This document shows positions 10,134 to 19,211 of a stretch of 64,000 bases of DNA, piece after piece (within the stretch, counting starts at the first letter, position 1; every line of letters starts with the position of its first letter). The position numbers and the translations under genes are program-made. The stretch is from an uncultured Chloroflexia bacterium. GTDB lineage: Bacteria; Chloroflexota; Limnocylindria; QHBO01. The notes under the pieces were generated by a model. It was not told where the DNA came from and did not search any database. It was given only the letters and a program-made list of their open reading frames with translations. The stretch lies in contig CAWFCQ010000004.1 in the NCBI GenBank assembly GCA_963814375.1, forward strand, positions 128,001 to 192,000, written 5' to 3'.

Positions 10134-10564
10134 CCAGGCCCGAACCTGAGCTCGGTGTCGCCGCCGATGACGAGCTCGTCTCCCGTGAGCGCCCAGGTCT
10201 CGGCGCCCTCGAGAGCGCCGAGGTAGTCCGTCTCGAGCTGGGCGAGTCCTTCATCGGTGCATGCCATCCGCGTCGTGGCCAGGGGGCCGAAGGTGATCGT
10301 CCCCTCGCCGAGCTCGGCGCTCCCGTTGAAGTTATTGCAGCCTGCCAGCCCGCTGACGGTGCCGTCCTCGCCGAAGACGAGCGTGGATGCAGAAAGCTCC
10401 GGGGGAGTCTCGCCGCCGATCTCGACCAGCAGCCAGGTCGTGCCATCGAGGCTCGCCGGATCTCCGCCTTCTTCCGCTGCGGACTCCGCGGGCGAGCCGG
10501 ACGCGGCGGAGCACCCGGCGAGCACCAGCGCCAGGGCCGTCAGCGTCGTCGCGATCCTGCGCAT
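10130..10564 (-). CDS. META-domain (HslJ-like) lipoprotein
   Basis: Lipobox LAGC; LDGTTWLL, GLAGCNNFNG, LATTRMAC; GGAGG RBS. Confidence 0.9.
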   Translation of the reverse strand: MRRIATTLTALALVLAGCSAASGSPAESAAEEGGDPASLDGTTWLLVEIGGETPPELSASTLVFGEDGTVSGLAGCNNFNGSAELGEGTITFGPLATTRMACTDEGLAQLETDYLGALEGAETWALTGDELVIGGDTELRFGPG

Positions 10565-10761
10565 AGGTGCCTCCAGGTGAGTGTGGCGAACGCAGTCACC
10601 GTACTCCACCGGCAACGCCGGATGTCAAGGGCCGGACGAGGTGTCGCGGGGTAATCTGGGGCGGACGAGGCGGTGACCGCGGCGGGGATGTGTCAGGACG
10701 GTCGTCGTACCACCCGCAGCCTCGGGCCGGACGTGGGTCGGGGCTTCCAGGAGGCGACGCG

Positions 10762-12416
10762 ATGACGGCCACGGCGGCCCCGGTCCCGGCGAGACGCTCC
10801 TTCAGCGAGCGGATGCTCGATGGCATCGAGCGACTGGGGAACAAGGTCCCGCACCCGGTGCTGATGTTCCTCTACCTGATCATCATCGTCATCGTTCTGT
10901 CGCACGTCCTCTACCTGTTCGGTGTGAGCGTCACCGACCAGATCGCGGTCCCGAACGAAGTGCCAGTCGTCCCGGACTACTACGAGGACTCGACCCAGCC
11001 GATTCTCGAGCCCGGCGCCGGAGATCTCGACTACGAGGACGACTGGCACATCGAGGAGGTGACGATCCCGGTCCAGAGCCTCCTCACGACCGAGGGCGTC
11101 CGCTTCATCTTCACCAGCTTCGTGCCGAACTTCGCCGGCTTCGGGGTCGTCGCGGTCACCTTCGTGGCGCTCATGGGCGCCGGTGTCGCGGAGGCCGGCG
11201 GACTCATGGGAGCGCTCATCCGCGGTCTTGTCGCCGCCTCGCCGCGGCGGATGCTCTCGTTCATCCTCATCTTCGTCGGCGTGCTGGCCAGCGTCGCCTC
11301 GGATGCCGGCTACCTGATCCTCATCCCGCTCGGAGCGGCGGCGTTTCTGAGCGTCGGGCGTCACCCGCTGGCCGGAATGGCCGCGTGCTTTGCCGGCGTC
11401 GGCGCGATCTTCGGGGTGAACCCGATCCCCGGTCCGATCGACGCGATGATCACCGAGGTGACGAACGAGGCTCTCGGCCTCATTCCCGGCGCGGAGCCGA
11501 TCACGATCGTGGCGAATTACTGGTTCTCGGTCGTCTCGTCGGTGGTTCTGGCCCTCGCGGCCTACTGTCGTCACCGAGCGGATCATCGAGCCGCGCCTCG
11601 GTGCCTACACCGGCACGCCGAGCGGGGTCGCTGCGGCCGGAGGAGATCGACAAGGCTTCGGAGGCGCGGGGACTGCGCTGGGCGCTCGTCGGGTTCCTCG
11701 GCTTCCTGGCGCTCCTTCTCCTGATCACCATCCCCGAGGGATCGGCTCTCCGCGACCCGGTCACCGGCGACATCATCGGCACGACGCCGTTCATGGACAG
11801 CCTGCTGTTCATCATCGCCATGTTCTTCCTGGTCTCGGGCATCGGGTTCGGCTACGGCGCGGGGACCTTCAAGAGCCCGAACGACGTGATCGCGGCGGTG
11901 ACGAAGACCTTCGCCGGGCTGGCCGGCCTCGTCTTCATGCTCCTGATGATCGCCCAGTTCATCGCCTTCTTTAATTTCACGAACATGCCCGACGTCATCG
12001 GCATCGCGCTGGCCGAGTTCCTCGAGACGGCGGGCATCGGAGCCCTGCCGCTGCTCATCGGGATGATCTTCGTGATCTTGGTTCTCGACGTGATCATGCC
12101 CGGGCTCATCCCGAAGTGGGCCATTTTCGCCCCGATCCTGGTCCCGCTCTTCTACAACCTCGGGGTCCCCGCACAGACGCTGCTTGCGGCGTATCGCGTC
12201 GGCGACTCGCCGCTCAACGTGGTGACGCCGCTGATGGTGTATCTGCCGTTCATCGTCACCATCGCGCAGCGCTACGACCCGAAGGCGGGGATCGGCACGG
12301 TCATCGCCCTGATGATCCCGTACGTGCTCGTGATCGCGGGGGTGTGGATCGTCCTGTTCGTGCTGTGGTTCGTGCTCGGCCTGCCGCTCGGCCCGGGATA
12401 TCCGATCACGATCTGA
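10762..12416 (+). CDS. abgT: AbgT family transporter, two apparent +1 frameshifts (~11563, ~11639)
   Basis: IERLGNKVPHP, GRHPLAG, bridging frame VTERIIEPRLG, AYRVGDS, AGIGTVIALMIPY; AGGAGG RBS. Confidence 0.9.
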
Positions 12417-12443
12417 CGGGCGATCCGTTGAGAGGACCAAGCG

Positions 12444-14015
12444 GTGAGTGAGGTTGCGATCACCTTCGCGGTGATCACGGCCATCGTCGTGCTGTTCGTA
12501 TGGGGCCGGCTGCCGGTCGAGGTCGTGTCGATCGGCGCGGCACTGGCCCTGTGGGCGACCGGCGTGCTCACGATCGAGCAGACCCTGGCCGGATTCGGTG
12601 ATCCGACCGTGGTCTTCATCGCGGCGCTCTTCGTCGTCAGCGAGAGCCTCGAGGTGAGCGGGGTGACCGCCTGGGCCGGCCAGCAGCTCATCAATCGGGC
12701 CGGGACGAGCCATACCCGCCTCCTGGTCCTGACCATGCTCGTGGTCGCCGCGCTCACGGCGATCATCACCGTGAACGCCGCGGTGGCGGCGTTACTGCCG
12801 GTCGTCGTCGTGGCTGCGACCCGGCTCGAGAAGGCGCCATCGAAGCTGCTCATCCCGCTCGTCTTTGGCGCGCACGCGGGGTCGCAGCTTGCGCTGACCG
12901 GTTCGAACGTCAACCTTCTCGTCTCCGGCGCGGTGGCCGACTATGGCGGCGAGCCGTTCGCCTTTTTCGAGTTCGCGCTGGTCGGCATTCCCCTCCTCGT
13001 TGGGACGGTGATCGTCGTCGCCCTCCTCGCCAACCGGCTGCTGCCGACCCGGACGCCCCGGAAGATCTCGGCCGACCTGAGCCAGCACGCGCGCACGCTC
13101 GTTCGCCAGTACGGGCTCGGGACCGGCGTCGCCGAAACAGTCGCCTTCAACCGGGAGATCGGCCTCGCCGAGGTCGTCATCCCGCCGCGCTCGGCCTTCC
13201 TGGGGCAGCGCGTCTTCCGCGGCATGGTCACCGAGAGCGGAGACCTGGTGGTCGCCGCCATCCAGCGTAAGGGCTACGACCTCGAGGAAGAGGACGTCGA
13301 GCTGGCCGCCGGCGACGTGCTCCTACTCCAGGGCCCGTGGGCCGCCCTGGACACGAAGGCAGAGCACCCCGGCGTGCTCGTGGTGGACCAGCCCGATGCG
13401 ATTCGCCGGCAGGCTGTCCCACTCGGCCTCCGAGCCTGGGAGGCGATGCTGGTCCTGGTCGGGATGGTGGCCCTGCTGGTGACCGGTCTCGTGCCGCCGG
13501 CAGTCGCCGGGCTGCTTGCCGCCGGCGCGATCGTCGTCCTCGGGATCGTCTCGATCGAGGGAGCCTACCGCGCGATCAACTGGACCACGGTGATCCTCGT
13601 CGGCGCCCTGCTGCCGCTTTCGACCGCCATGTTCGAGACCGGCGCGGCCGATGTGGTTGGCGGCGCCCTCATCGACGTCGTCGGAGGACTGGGGCCGTAT
13701 GGCCTGCTGGTCGGGCTGTTCGTGGTCACCGCCATCTTCGGGCAGCTCATCAGCAACACGGCGACGGCGCTGATCATGATGCCGATCGGCGCCGCCGCGT
13801 CGGCGGAGCTCGGCGTCGACATCCGCCCGGTGCTCATGACGATCTCGGTCGCGTCAGCTGCCGCGCTGCTCACCCCCGTCGCCACGCCGGTCAACCTGAT
13901 CGCGATGGGGGCGGCCGGCTATCGATTCGGCGACTACTGGAAGCTGGGCCTGGTGGTGATGGCGGTGTTCTTCGGAGTCGCGGTGTTCGTGGTCCCGGTC
14001 TTCTGGCCCTTCTGA
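12444..14015 (+). CDS. SLC13/CitMHS-type permease with TrkA-C domain
   Basis: Multiple TMs, KLLIPLVFGA, ISNTATA, LTPVATPVN, GYRFGDYWKLG. Confidence 0.9.
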   Translation: MSEVAITFAVITAIVVLFVWGRLPVEVVSIGAALALWATGVLTIEQTLAGFGDPTVVFIAALFVVSESLEVSGVTAWAGQQLINRAGTSHTRLLVLTMLVVAALTAIITVNAAVAALLPVVVVAATRLEKAPSKLLIPLVFGAHAGSQLALTGSNVNLLVSGAVADYGGEPFAFFEFALVGIPLLVGTVIVVALLANRLLPTRTPRKISADLSQHARTLVRQYGLGTGVAETVAFNREIGLAEVVIPPRSAFLGQRVFRGMVTESGDLVVAAIQRKGYDLEEEDVELAAGDVLLLQGPWAALDTKAEHPGVLVVDQPDAIRRQAVPLGLRAWEAMLVLVGMVALLVTGLVPPAVAGLLAAGAIVVLGIVSIEGAYRAINWTTVILVGALLPLSTAMFETGAADVVGGALIDVVGGLGPYGLLVGLFVVTAIFGQLISNTATALIMMPIGAAASAELGVDIRPVLMTISVASAAALLTPVATPVNLIAMGAAGYRFGDYWKLGLVVMAVFFGVAVFVVPVFWPF

Positions 14016-14063
14016 CGCGTATGCCGTACTGTTGCCGAGGGGGTCAACCTCATGGAGGAATCG

Positions 14064-14531
14064 ATGTCCAGTCTCGCGACGCTTCGGTCAGTGGCCGTCA
14101 GGCCGATCGTGGCCGTCCTCGCCCTGCTTCCCTTCGTCCTCGCGGCGTGCAGCGAAGTCGGCACGGCCAACCTGACCTTCTGGGACGTGGTCTTCTCGAT
14201 GATCGCGTTCTTCTTCTGGTTCATGTTCATCTGGATCTTCATCTCGATCTTCGGTGACATCTTCCGACGCAACGACCTGTCGGGAGGCGCCAAGGCCCTG
14301 TGGGTCCTCGCCCTGGTGTTCCTGCCGTTCCTCGGCGCGCTGATCTACCTCGTCGCGCGGCCGAAGCTGACGGCCCAGGACGTCGAATCGCTCACGATGA
14401 TGGACGCGGCCAACAAGGCAGCGTCATCGGTCACGCCGACCGACCAGATCGCCAAGCTGGCGGAGCTGCGGGCGTCCGGCGCCATCACCGAGGAGGAGTA
14501 CACCGCCCTCAAGGCGAAGGCGATGGGCTGA
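14064..14531 (+). CDS. PLDc_N + SHOCT domain membrane protein
   Basis: DIFRRNDLSGGAKALW..LPFLGALIYL; C-terminal LAELRASGAITEEEYTALKAK. Confidence 0.85.
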   Translation: MSSLATLRSVAVRPIVAVLALLPFVLAACSEVGTANLTFWDVVFSMIAFFFWFMFIWIFISIFGDIFRRNDLSGGAKALWVLALVFLPFLGALIYLVARPKLTAQDVESLTMMDAANKAASSVTPTDQIAKLAELRASGAITEEEYTALKAKAMG

Positions 14532-14575
14532 CGCCCGGGAAGATGGCCGCGCGGCCGGCGGTGTAGAGTCGCGCC

Positions 14576-14947
14576 GTGGAGATCGCGCTGGCCATCTTCA
14601 ACATCGGGGCGGGGCTCGGGGTGCTTGCCGCCGGCGGCGCGCTGGTCTACCTCGCATGGCAGACCACGCCGCTTATCCGCGAGTCCCGTGCTTTGACCGC
14701 CGACCTGCGCCGGCTGACGCGCACGGCCGACAGCGAGCTGCGGCCGATCCTGAGCCACGCTCGTGAGCTCACGAGCAACGTCGAGGTGCTCAGCGAGGAC
14801 GTCGCGGTGAAGCTCGATCGGCTCACCGATCTCATGAACTCGCTCCAGGGCAGCCTCGATGCGGGCCGCATCACGGTGGCCACGGGACGGGTCGGCGGCG
14901 GCTCGGTAGAATCGTGGGAAACGCGAGAGGACGCATCCGACTCATGA
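14576..14947 (+). CDS. DUF948/YoxC-like membrane-anchored coiled-coil protein
   Basis: N-terminal TM then heptad helix; ATGA-coupled to YtxH-like gene. Confidence 0.6.
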   Translation: MEIALAIFNIGAGLGVLAAGGALVYLAWQTTPLIRESRALTADLRRLTRTADSELRPILSHARELTSNVEVLSEDVAVKLDRLTDLMNSLQGSLDAGRITVATGRVGGGSVESWETREDASDS

Positions 14948-15186
14948 AGGACAGCGGATTCGGCAGCTTCCTGGCGGGCGTCGTCATCGGCGCACTGGCG
15001 GGCGCTGCGCTCGGACTCATCCTGGCTCCGAAGACGGGCGAGGAGCTGCGTGACGAGCTGGGCGACTTCGTCGACAGCAAGCGCGCCGAGTTTGACGAGG
15101 CGATCAACGAGGGACGCGCCGCGGCCGAGCAGGCACGCGCCGGCATGGCCCCGGAGCACGACACCGCCGAGGGCGCCGCCGGCTGA
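14944..15186 (+). CDS. YtxH domain protein
   Basis: FLAGVVIGALAGAALGLILAPKTGEELR signature. Confidence 0.9.
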   Translation: MKDSGFGSFLAGVVIGALAGAALGLILAPKTGEELRDELGDFVDSKRAEFDEAINEGRAAAEQARAGMAPEHDTAEGAAG

Positions 15187-15286
15187 TCGCCCCCCTTCGA
15201 CCCATTTCATGGCAGCTCGAGAGCCGGTGGGGTCGCCGGCTCTCACCGTGAACGACCCCCGGTTGGCGGAGGATTGGGTGGAACCC

Positions 15287-17911
15287 ATGCAGCCGATGAG
15301 CGCGGCCGAGATCCGCGAGCGCTTCCAGCGCTTCTTCGAGGAGCGTGGTCACACGCGCGTCCCGTCGGCGCCGCTGCTCGCCAGGGACGATCCCACCCTG
15401 CTCTTCGTCAATTCGGGGATGGCGCCCTTCAAGCGCGTTCTCACCGGCGAGGAGAAGCGCGACTACGTTCGGGCCGTCGACGCGCAGGTCTGCCTCCGGG
15501 TGGCGGGGAAGCACAACGACTTCGAGGAGGTGGGGCGCACCCCGCGCCATAACACCCTCTTCGAGATGCTCGGGAACTGGTCCTTCGGCGACTACTTCAA
15601 GCGCGAGGCGATCCACTGGCACTGGGAGTTCCTGACCGGCGAGCTCGGGATCGACCCCGCGCGCCTGGCGGCCACCGTCTACACCGATGACGACGAGGCG
15701 CACGCGGTCTGGGCCGATGAGATCGGCCTGCCACCCGAGCGCATCGTGCGCTGGGGGAACATCGCGGCTGGCGACGAGAAGAACTTCTGGCAGATGGGCG
15801 ACACCGGCCCGTGCGGCCCGTGCAGCGAGCTCCACTACGACCGGGGCGCGCATCTGTCGGAAGGCCCGGACTGCATTCCCGACCACTCCGAGCACTGCCC
15901 GCGATGGCTCGAGGTCGGCAACCTCGTCTTCATGCAGTACGACCGGGCGGCCGACGGCACGCTGACCCCACTGCCGTTCAAGAGCGTCGACACCGGCACC
16001 GGCCTCGAGCGGCTGGCATCGGTCGTCCAGGGGGTGGAATCGAACTACAAGACCGATCTCTTCGAGCCGATCATCGCGCGGCTGGCGGAGTTCATCGGCC
16101 ACGACCCCGCGACGGTGGAGAGCGAGCGCTTCAGCTACCAGGTCGTGGCCGACCATTCGCGCGCCATGACCTTCCTGCTGGCCGAGGGAATCACCCCGGC
16201 GAACGATGGCGCCGGCTACGTCCTGCGCCGCATCATGCGCCGCGCGGTGCGCCACGGGCGCCTGCTCGGCATCGGGCGCCCATTCCTGCGCGAGACGTGC
16301 GCCATGGTCATCGAGCTCATGGGCGATGCCTACCCGGCGCTGCGAGAACGCACGGAAGAGGTCCTGGCGGCCATCGAGGCCGAGGAAGAGAAGTTCGCCC
16401 GCACCCTTGAGTCGGGGTCGGCGCGGCTGTCGGAGCTGATCGCCGCCGGGGGCGAGATCAGCGGAGCCGATGCGTTCCGCCTGCACGATACGTTCGGCTT
16501 CCCGATCGATCTCACCATCGAGATGGCCGCCGAGCGGGACGTGACCGTGGACCGGGCCGGCTTCGATGCCGCCATGACCGAGCAGCGCGACCGGTCGCGC
16601 GGCGAGAAGCGCGAGGCGCTCCAGCTGGATCCGGAGGTCGCGGCGATGCGCAGCGAGTTCATCGGCTATCCGAACGAGACGAGCGCCGACGACCTGCGCG
16701 TGCTGGCCGTCGTCCCCGGCGATCCGGTCGCCGTGGTCCTCGATCGCACGCCGTTCTACGCCGAGGGCGGCGGGCAGATCGGCGACCGCGGGAAGCTCAT
16801 CGGTACGGGCGGGCGGCTCGAGGTGACCGACACCCAGCGCACCGGCGACGCGATCGTGCACCTGGGGACACTCGAGGGCACGCTGTCGCCCGGCGATGCG
16901 GTGCGCGCCGAGGTCGACCCGGAGCGCCGCTGGGGCGCGGCCCGCAACCACACCGGCACCCATCTGCTGCACCGCGCCCTGCGCGACGTGCTCGGCGAGC
17001 AGGCCAAGCAGGCGGGCTCGTGGGTCGGACCGGAGGCATTGCGCTTCGACTTCCCCGCGACCTCGGCGACCCCGCGCGATGCGCTGCGCGAGGTCGAACG
17101 GCAGGTGAACGCGCAGATCCGGCGCGACGCAGCCGTGGTGCCGAGCTTCATGCCCATCGGGGAGGCGCAGGCGCTCGGCGCCGACATGTTCTTCGGCGAG
17201 AAGTACGTGCCCGAGTCGGTGCGCGTCGTCCAGGTGGACGGCTACTCGAAGGAGCTGTGCGGCGGAACCCACTGCGCATCCACCGGGCAGATCGGCGCCT
17301 TCGTCATCACCGGCGAGTCGAGCATCGGCGCCGGGCTGCGGCGAATCGAGGCCGTGACCGGCATGGGTGCGACCGAGCTGATCGGAGACCGGCTCGACGC
17401 GCTGCGCGAAACCGCCCAGCTGCTCGGCGAGCGGGAAGAGCTCGTGCCGCAACGGGTCGAGGCGCTCATGACGCGGCTCCGGCAGGCCGAGAAGGCGGCG
17501 AAGGCGCCACGCGCGGCCGGCTCCGGCATCGACGCGCCCGGTGCCCTGGCTCGTGCGCAGCAGGCCGGGAGCACGAAGGTCATCATCGAGTCGTTCCCCG
17601 AGGCCGACGCCAACGCGCTCCGGGCGCTCGCCGATGAGCTGCGCGGCATGACGGGTCGCTTCGTCGCCGTCGTCGGCGGGGCAACCGACGGACGGCCGGC
17701 ACTGCTGGTGGCGGCGAGCCGTGACCTCGCTGCGGAGGGATTCGACAGTGGCGCGATCGTGCGTGACGCTGCGCCGATCATGGGCGGCGGCGGGGGAGGA
17801 CGCGCGGACCTCGCGCAGGCGGGCGGCAAGGATGCAGCTCGGCTCGACGACGCGCTTCGGGAGGCGGGACGCCTGGCGCTCGAGGCGCTCAAGCGGATCG
17901 AAACCTCCTGA
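15287..17911 (+). CDS. alaS: Alanine--tRNA ligase
   Basis: DPTLLFVNSGM, FEMLGNWSFGDYFK, TPFYAEGGGQ, NHTGTHLLH, ELCGGTH, GGGGGRADLAQAGG. Confidence 0.98.
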   Translation: MQPMSAAEIRERFQRFFEERGHTRVPSAPLLARDDPTLLFVNSGMAPFKRVLTGEEKRDYVRAVDAQVCLRVAGKHNDFEEVGRTPRHNTLFEMLGNWSFGDYFKREAIHWHWEFLTGELGIDPARLAATVYTDDDEAHAVWADEIGLPPERIVRWGNIAAGDEKNFWQMGDTGPCGPCSELHYDRGAHLSEGPDCIPDHSEHCPRWLEVGNLVFMQYDRAADGTLTPLPFKSVDTGTGLERLASVVQGVESNYKTDLFEPIIARLAEFIGHDPATVESERFSYQVVADHSRAMTFLLAEGITPANDGAGYVLRRIMRRAVRHGRLLGIGRPFLRETCAMVIELMGDAYPALRERTEEVLAAIEAEEEKFARTLESGSARLSELIAAGGEISGADAFRLHDTFGFPIDLTIEMAAERDVTVDRAGFDAAMTEQRDRSRGEKREALQLDPEVAAMRSEFIGYPNETSADDLRVLAVVPGDPVAVVLDRTPFYAEGGGQIGDRGKLIGTGGRLEVTDTQRTGDAIVHLGTLEGTLSPGDAVRAEVDPERRWGAARNHTGTHLLHRALRDVLGEQAKQAGSWVGPEALRFDFPATSATPRDALREVERQVNAQIRRDAAVVPSFMPIGEAQALGADMFFGEKYVPESVRVVQVDGYSKELCGGTHCASTGQIGAFVITGESSIGAGLRRIEAVTGMGATELIGDRLDALRETAQLLGEREELVPQRVEALMTRLRQAEKAAKAPRAAGSGIDAPGALARAQQAGSTKVIIESFPEADANALRALADELRGMTGRFVAVVGGATDGRPALLVAASRDLAAEGFDSGAIVRDAAPIMGGGGGGRADLAQAGGKDAARLDDALREAGRLALEALKRIETS

Positions 17912-17921
17912 TCCCCGCATC

Positions 17922-19211
17922 GTGACGGGCGCCGGGCAGCTCTGGGGACGCGTCACCGACCGCATCCGCTCCGCCGGAAGTCGCGGCGGGGCGCCGCCGA
18001 CGATCGCCGCCCTCGACATCGGGACCGAGTTCGCGAAGGCGATCGTCATGCGGGTGGAGCGCGACCCGCAGGGCAGGCTGGTCGGCATGATCACCGGCAC
18101 CGGCCGCAGGCGACAGGGACTGGCCCACATGCAGTCCGGCACGGTCAGCGACATCGACGCGGTGGTCGAGAACTGCCGCGCGGCGATGGAGGAGGCCCAG
18201 GGCATGGCCGGCGCCCGCCCGATGGCGGCGGTCATCGGGATCGCGGGCGAGCTCGTGAAGGGAGCCACCTCCAGCCTCGTGGCCCGTCGCGACGACCCTC
18301 GCCGGCCGCTCGACGAGCCGGAGCTCGAACGGCTGGTGAAGCGCGCCCAGGATCGGGCGCTCAACGAGGCCGAGGAGCGCATCCGCTGGGAGTCCGGCGT
18401 CGACCGGCTCGACGTGCGGCTGGTCCACGCGGCGATCGTCGAGATGTCGATCGACGGCTACCCGGTGAGCAACCCCATCGGCTTCACCGGCGCCCAGGTC
18501 GAGCTTCGCCTCTTCAACGCGTTCGCGCCGATGGTCCACCTCGGAGCGCTCCAATCGGTGGCCGATGCCCTGGGGCTCCAGCTCCTGGGCGTGATCGCCG
18601 AGCCGTATGCGGTCGCGACCTGCCTGGCGGCTGACGACATCGGCGATGGCGGAGCCGTCTTCGTCGACATCGGCGGAGGGACGACCGACGTCGCCCTCGT
18701 GCGCGGTGGCGGGATCGCTGGCACGAAGATGCTCGCCCTTGGCGGACGCGCCTTCACGAGGGGCGTGGCCGAGCGCCTCGGCCTCTCCTTCACCGATGCG
18801 GAGCGCGCCAAGCTGGAGTCCGGCCAAGACGGCGGCAACGATGCGGCCGAGGTCCTGCTCGACGACGCCCGGATCTGGCGCGACGGCGTGGAGCTCATGA
18901 TCGGCGACCTCGCCGGCGGCGAGCTCCTCCCGGGACGCGTCCTGCTGTGCGGCGGTGGCGCGGACCTTCCGCAGATCCAGGCCGTCCTCGACGAGCCGGG
19001 ATGGTGGGAGCGGCTGCCCTTCGCACGGCGACCGCAGGTGCGCGCGATCGCGCCGAACGAGGTGGTCGGGCTGCGGGATGGCACGGGCCGGCTCCAGACC
19101 CGCCAGGACGTGACGCCGATGGCGCTCGCCCACCAGGCGCTCGTCCTCGATGCCGGTGCATCCGCCATCGATCGAGCGGTCAGGAGCGCGGTGCGGGAGA
19201 TGGAGCTGTGA
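17922..19211 (+). CDS. FtsA-like actin-fold ATPase (divergent paralog)
   Basis: ALDIGTEFAK, IAEPYA, VDIGGGTTD, GGRAFT, LCGGGA; FtsA 1C-like IDGYPVSNPIGFTG; GTG start 17922 inferred. Confidence 0.85.
   Translation: MTGAGQLWGRVTDRIRSAGSRGGAPPTIAALDIGTEFAKAIVMRVERDPQGRLVGMITGTGRRRQGLAHMQSGTVSDIDAVVENCRAAMEEAQGMAGARPMAAVIGIAGELVKGATSSLVARRDDPRRPLDEPELERLVKRAQDRALNEAEERIRWESGVDRLDVRLVHAAIVEMSIDGYPVSNPIGFTGAQVELRLFNAFAPMVHLGALQSVADALGLQLLGVIAEPYAVATCLAADDIGDGGAVFVDIGGGTTDVALVRGGGIAGTKMLALGGRAFTRGVAERLGLSFTDAERAKLESGQDGGNDAAEVLLDDARIWRDGVELMIGDLAGGELLPGRVLLCGGGADLPQIQAVLDEPGWWERLPFARRPQVRAIAPNEVVGLRDGTGRLQTRQDVTPMALAHQALVLDAGASAIDRAVRSAVREMEL

Noticed and set aside
10565-10761. Short repeats (GGGCCGGACG twice, GGACGAGG twice) between the META gene and abgT
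   Set aside because: Short and GC-rich, expected by chance; no clear dyad or riboswitch fold
15104-18382. 1092-aa antisense ORF and many other long overlapping ORFs
   Set aside because: Shadow ORFs of high-GC coding DNA opposite well-supported genes; no motifs, skewed composition
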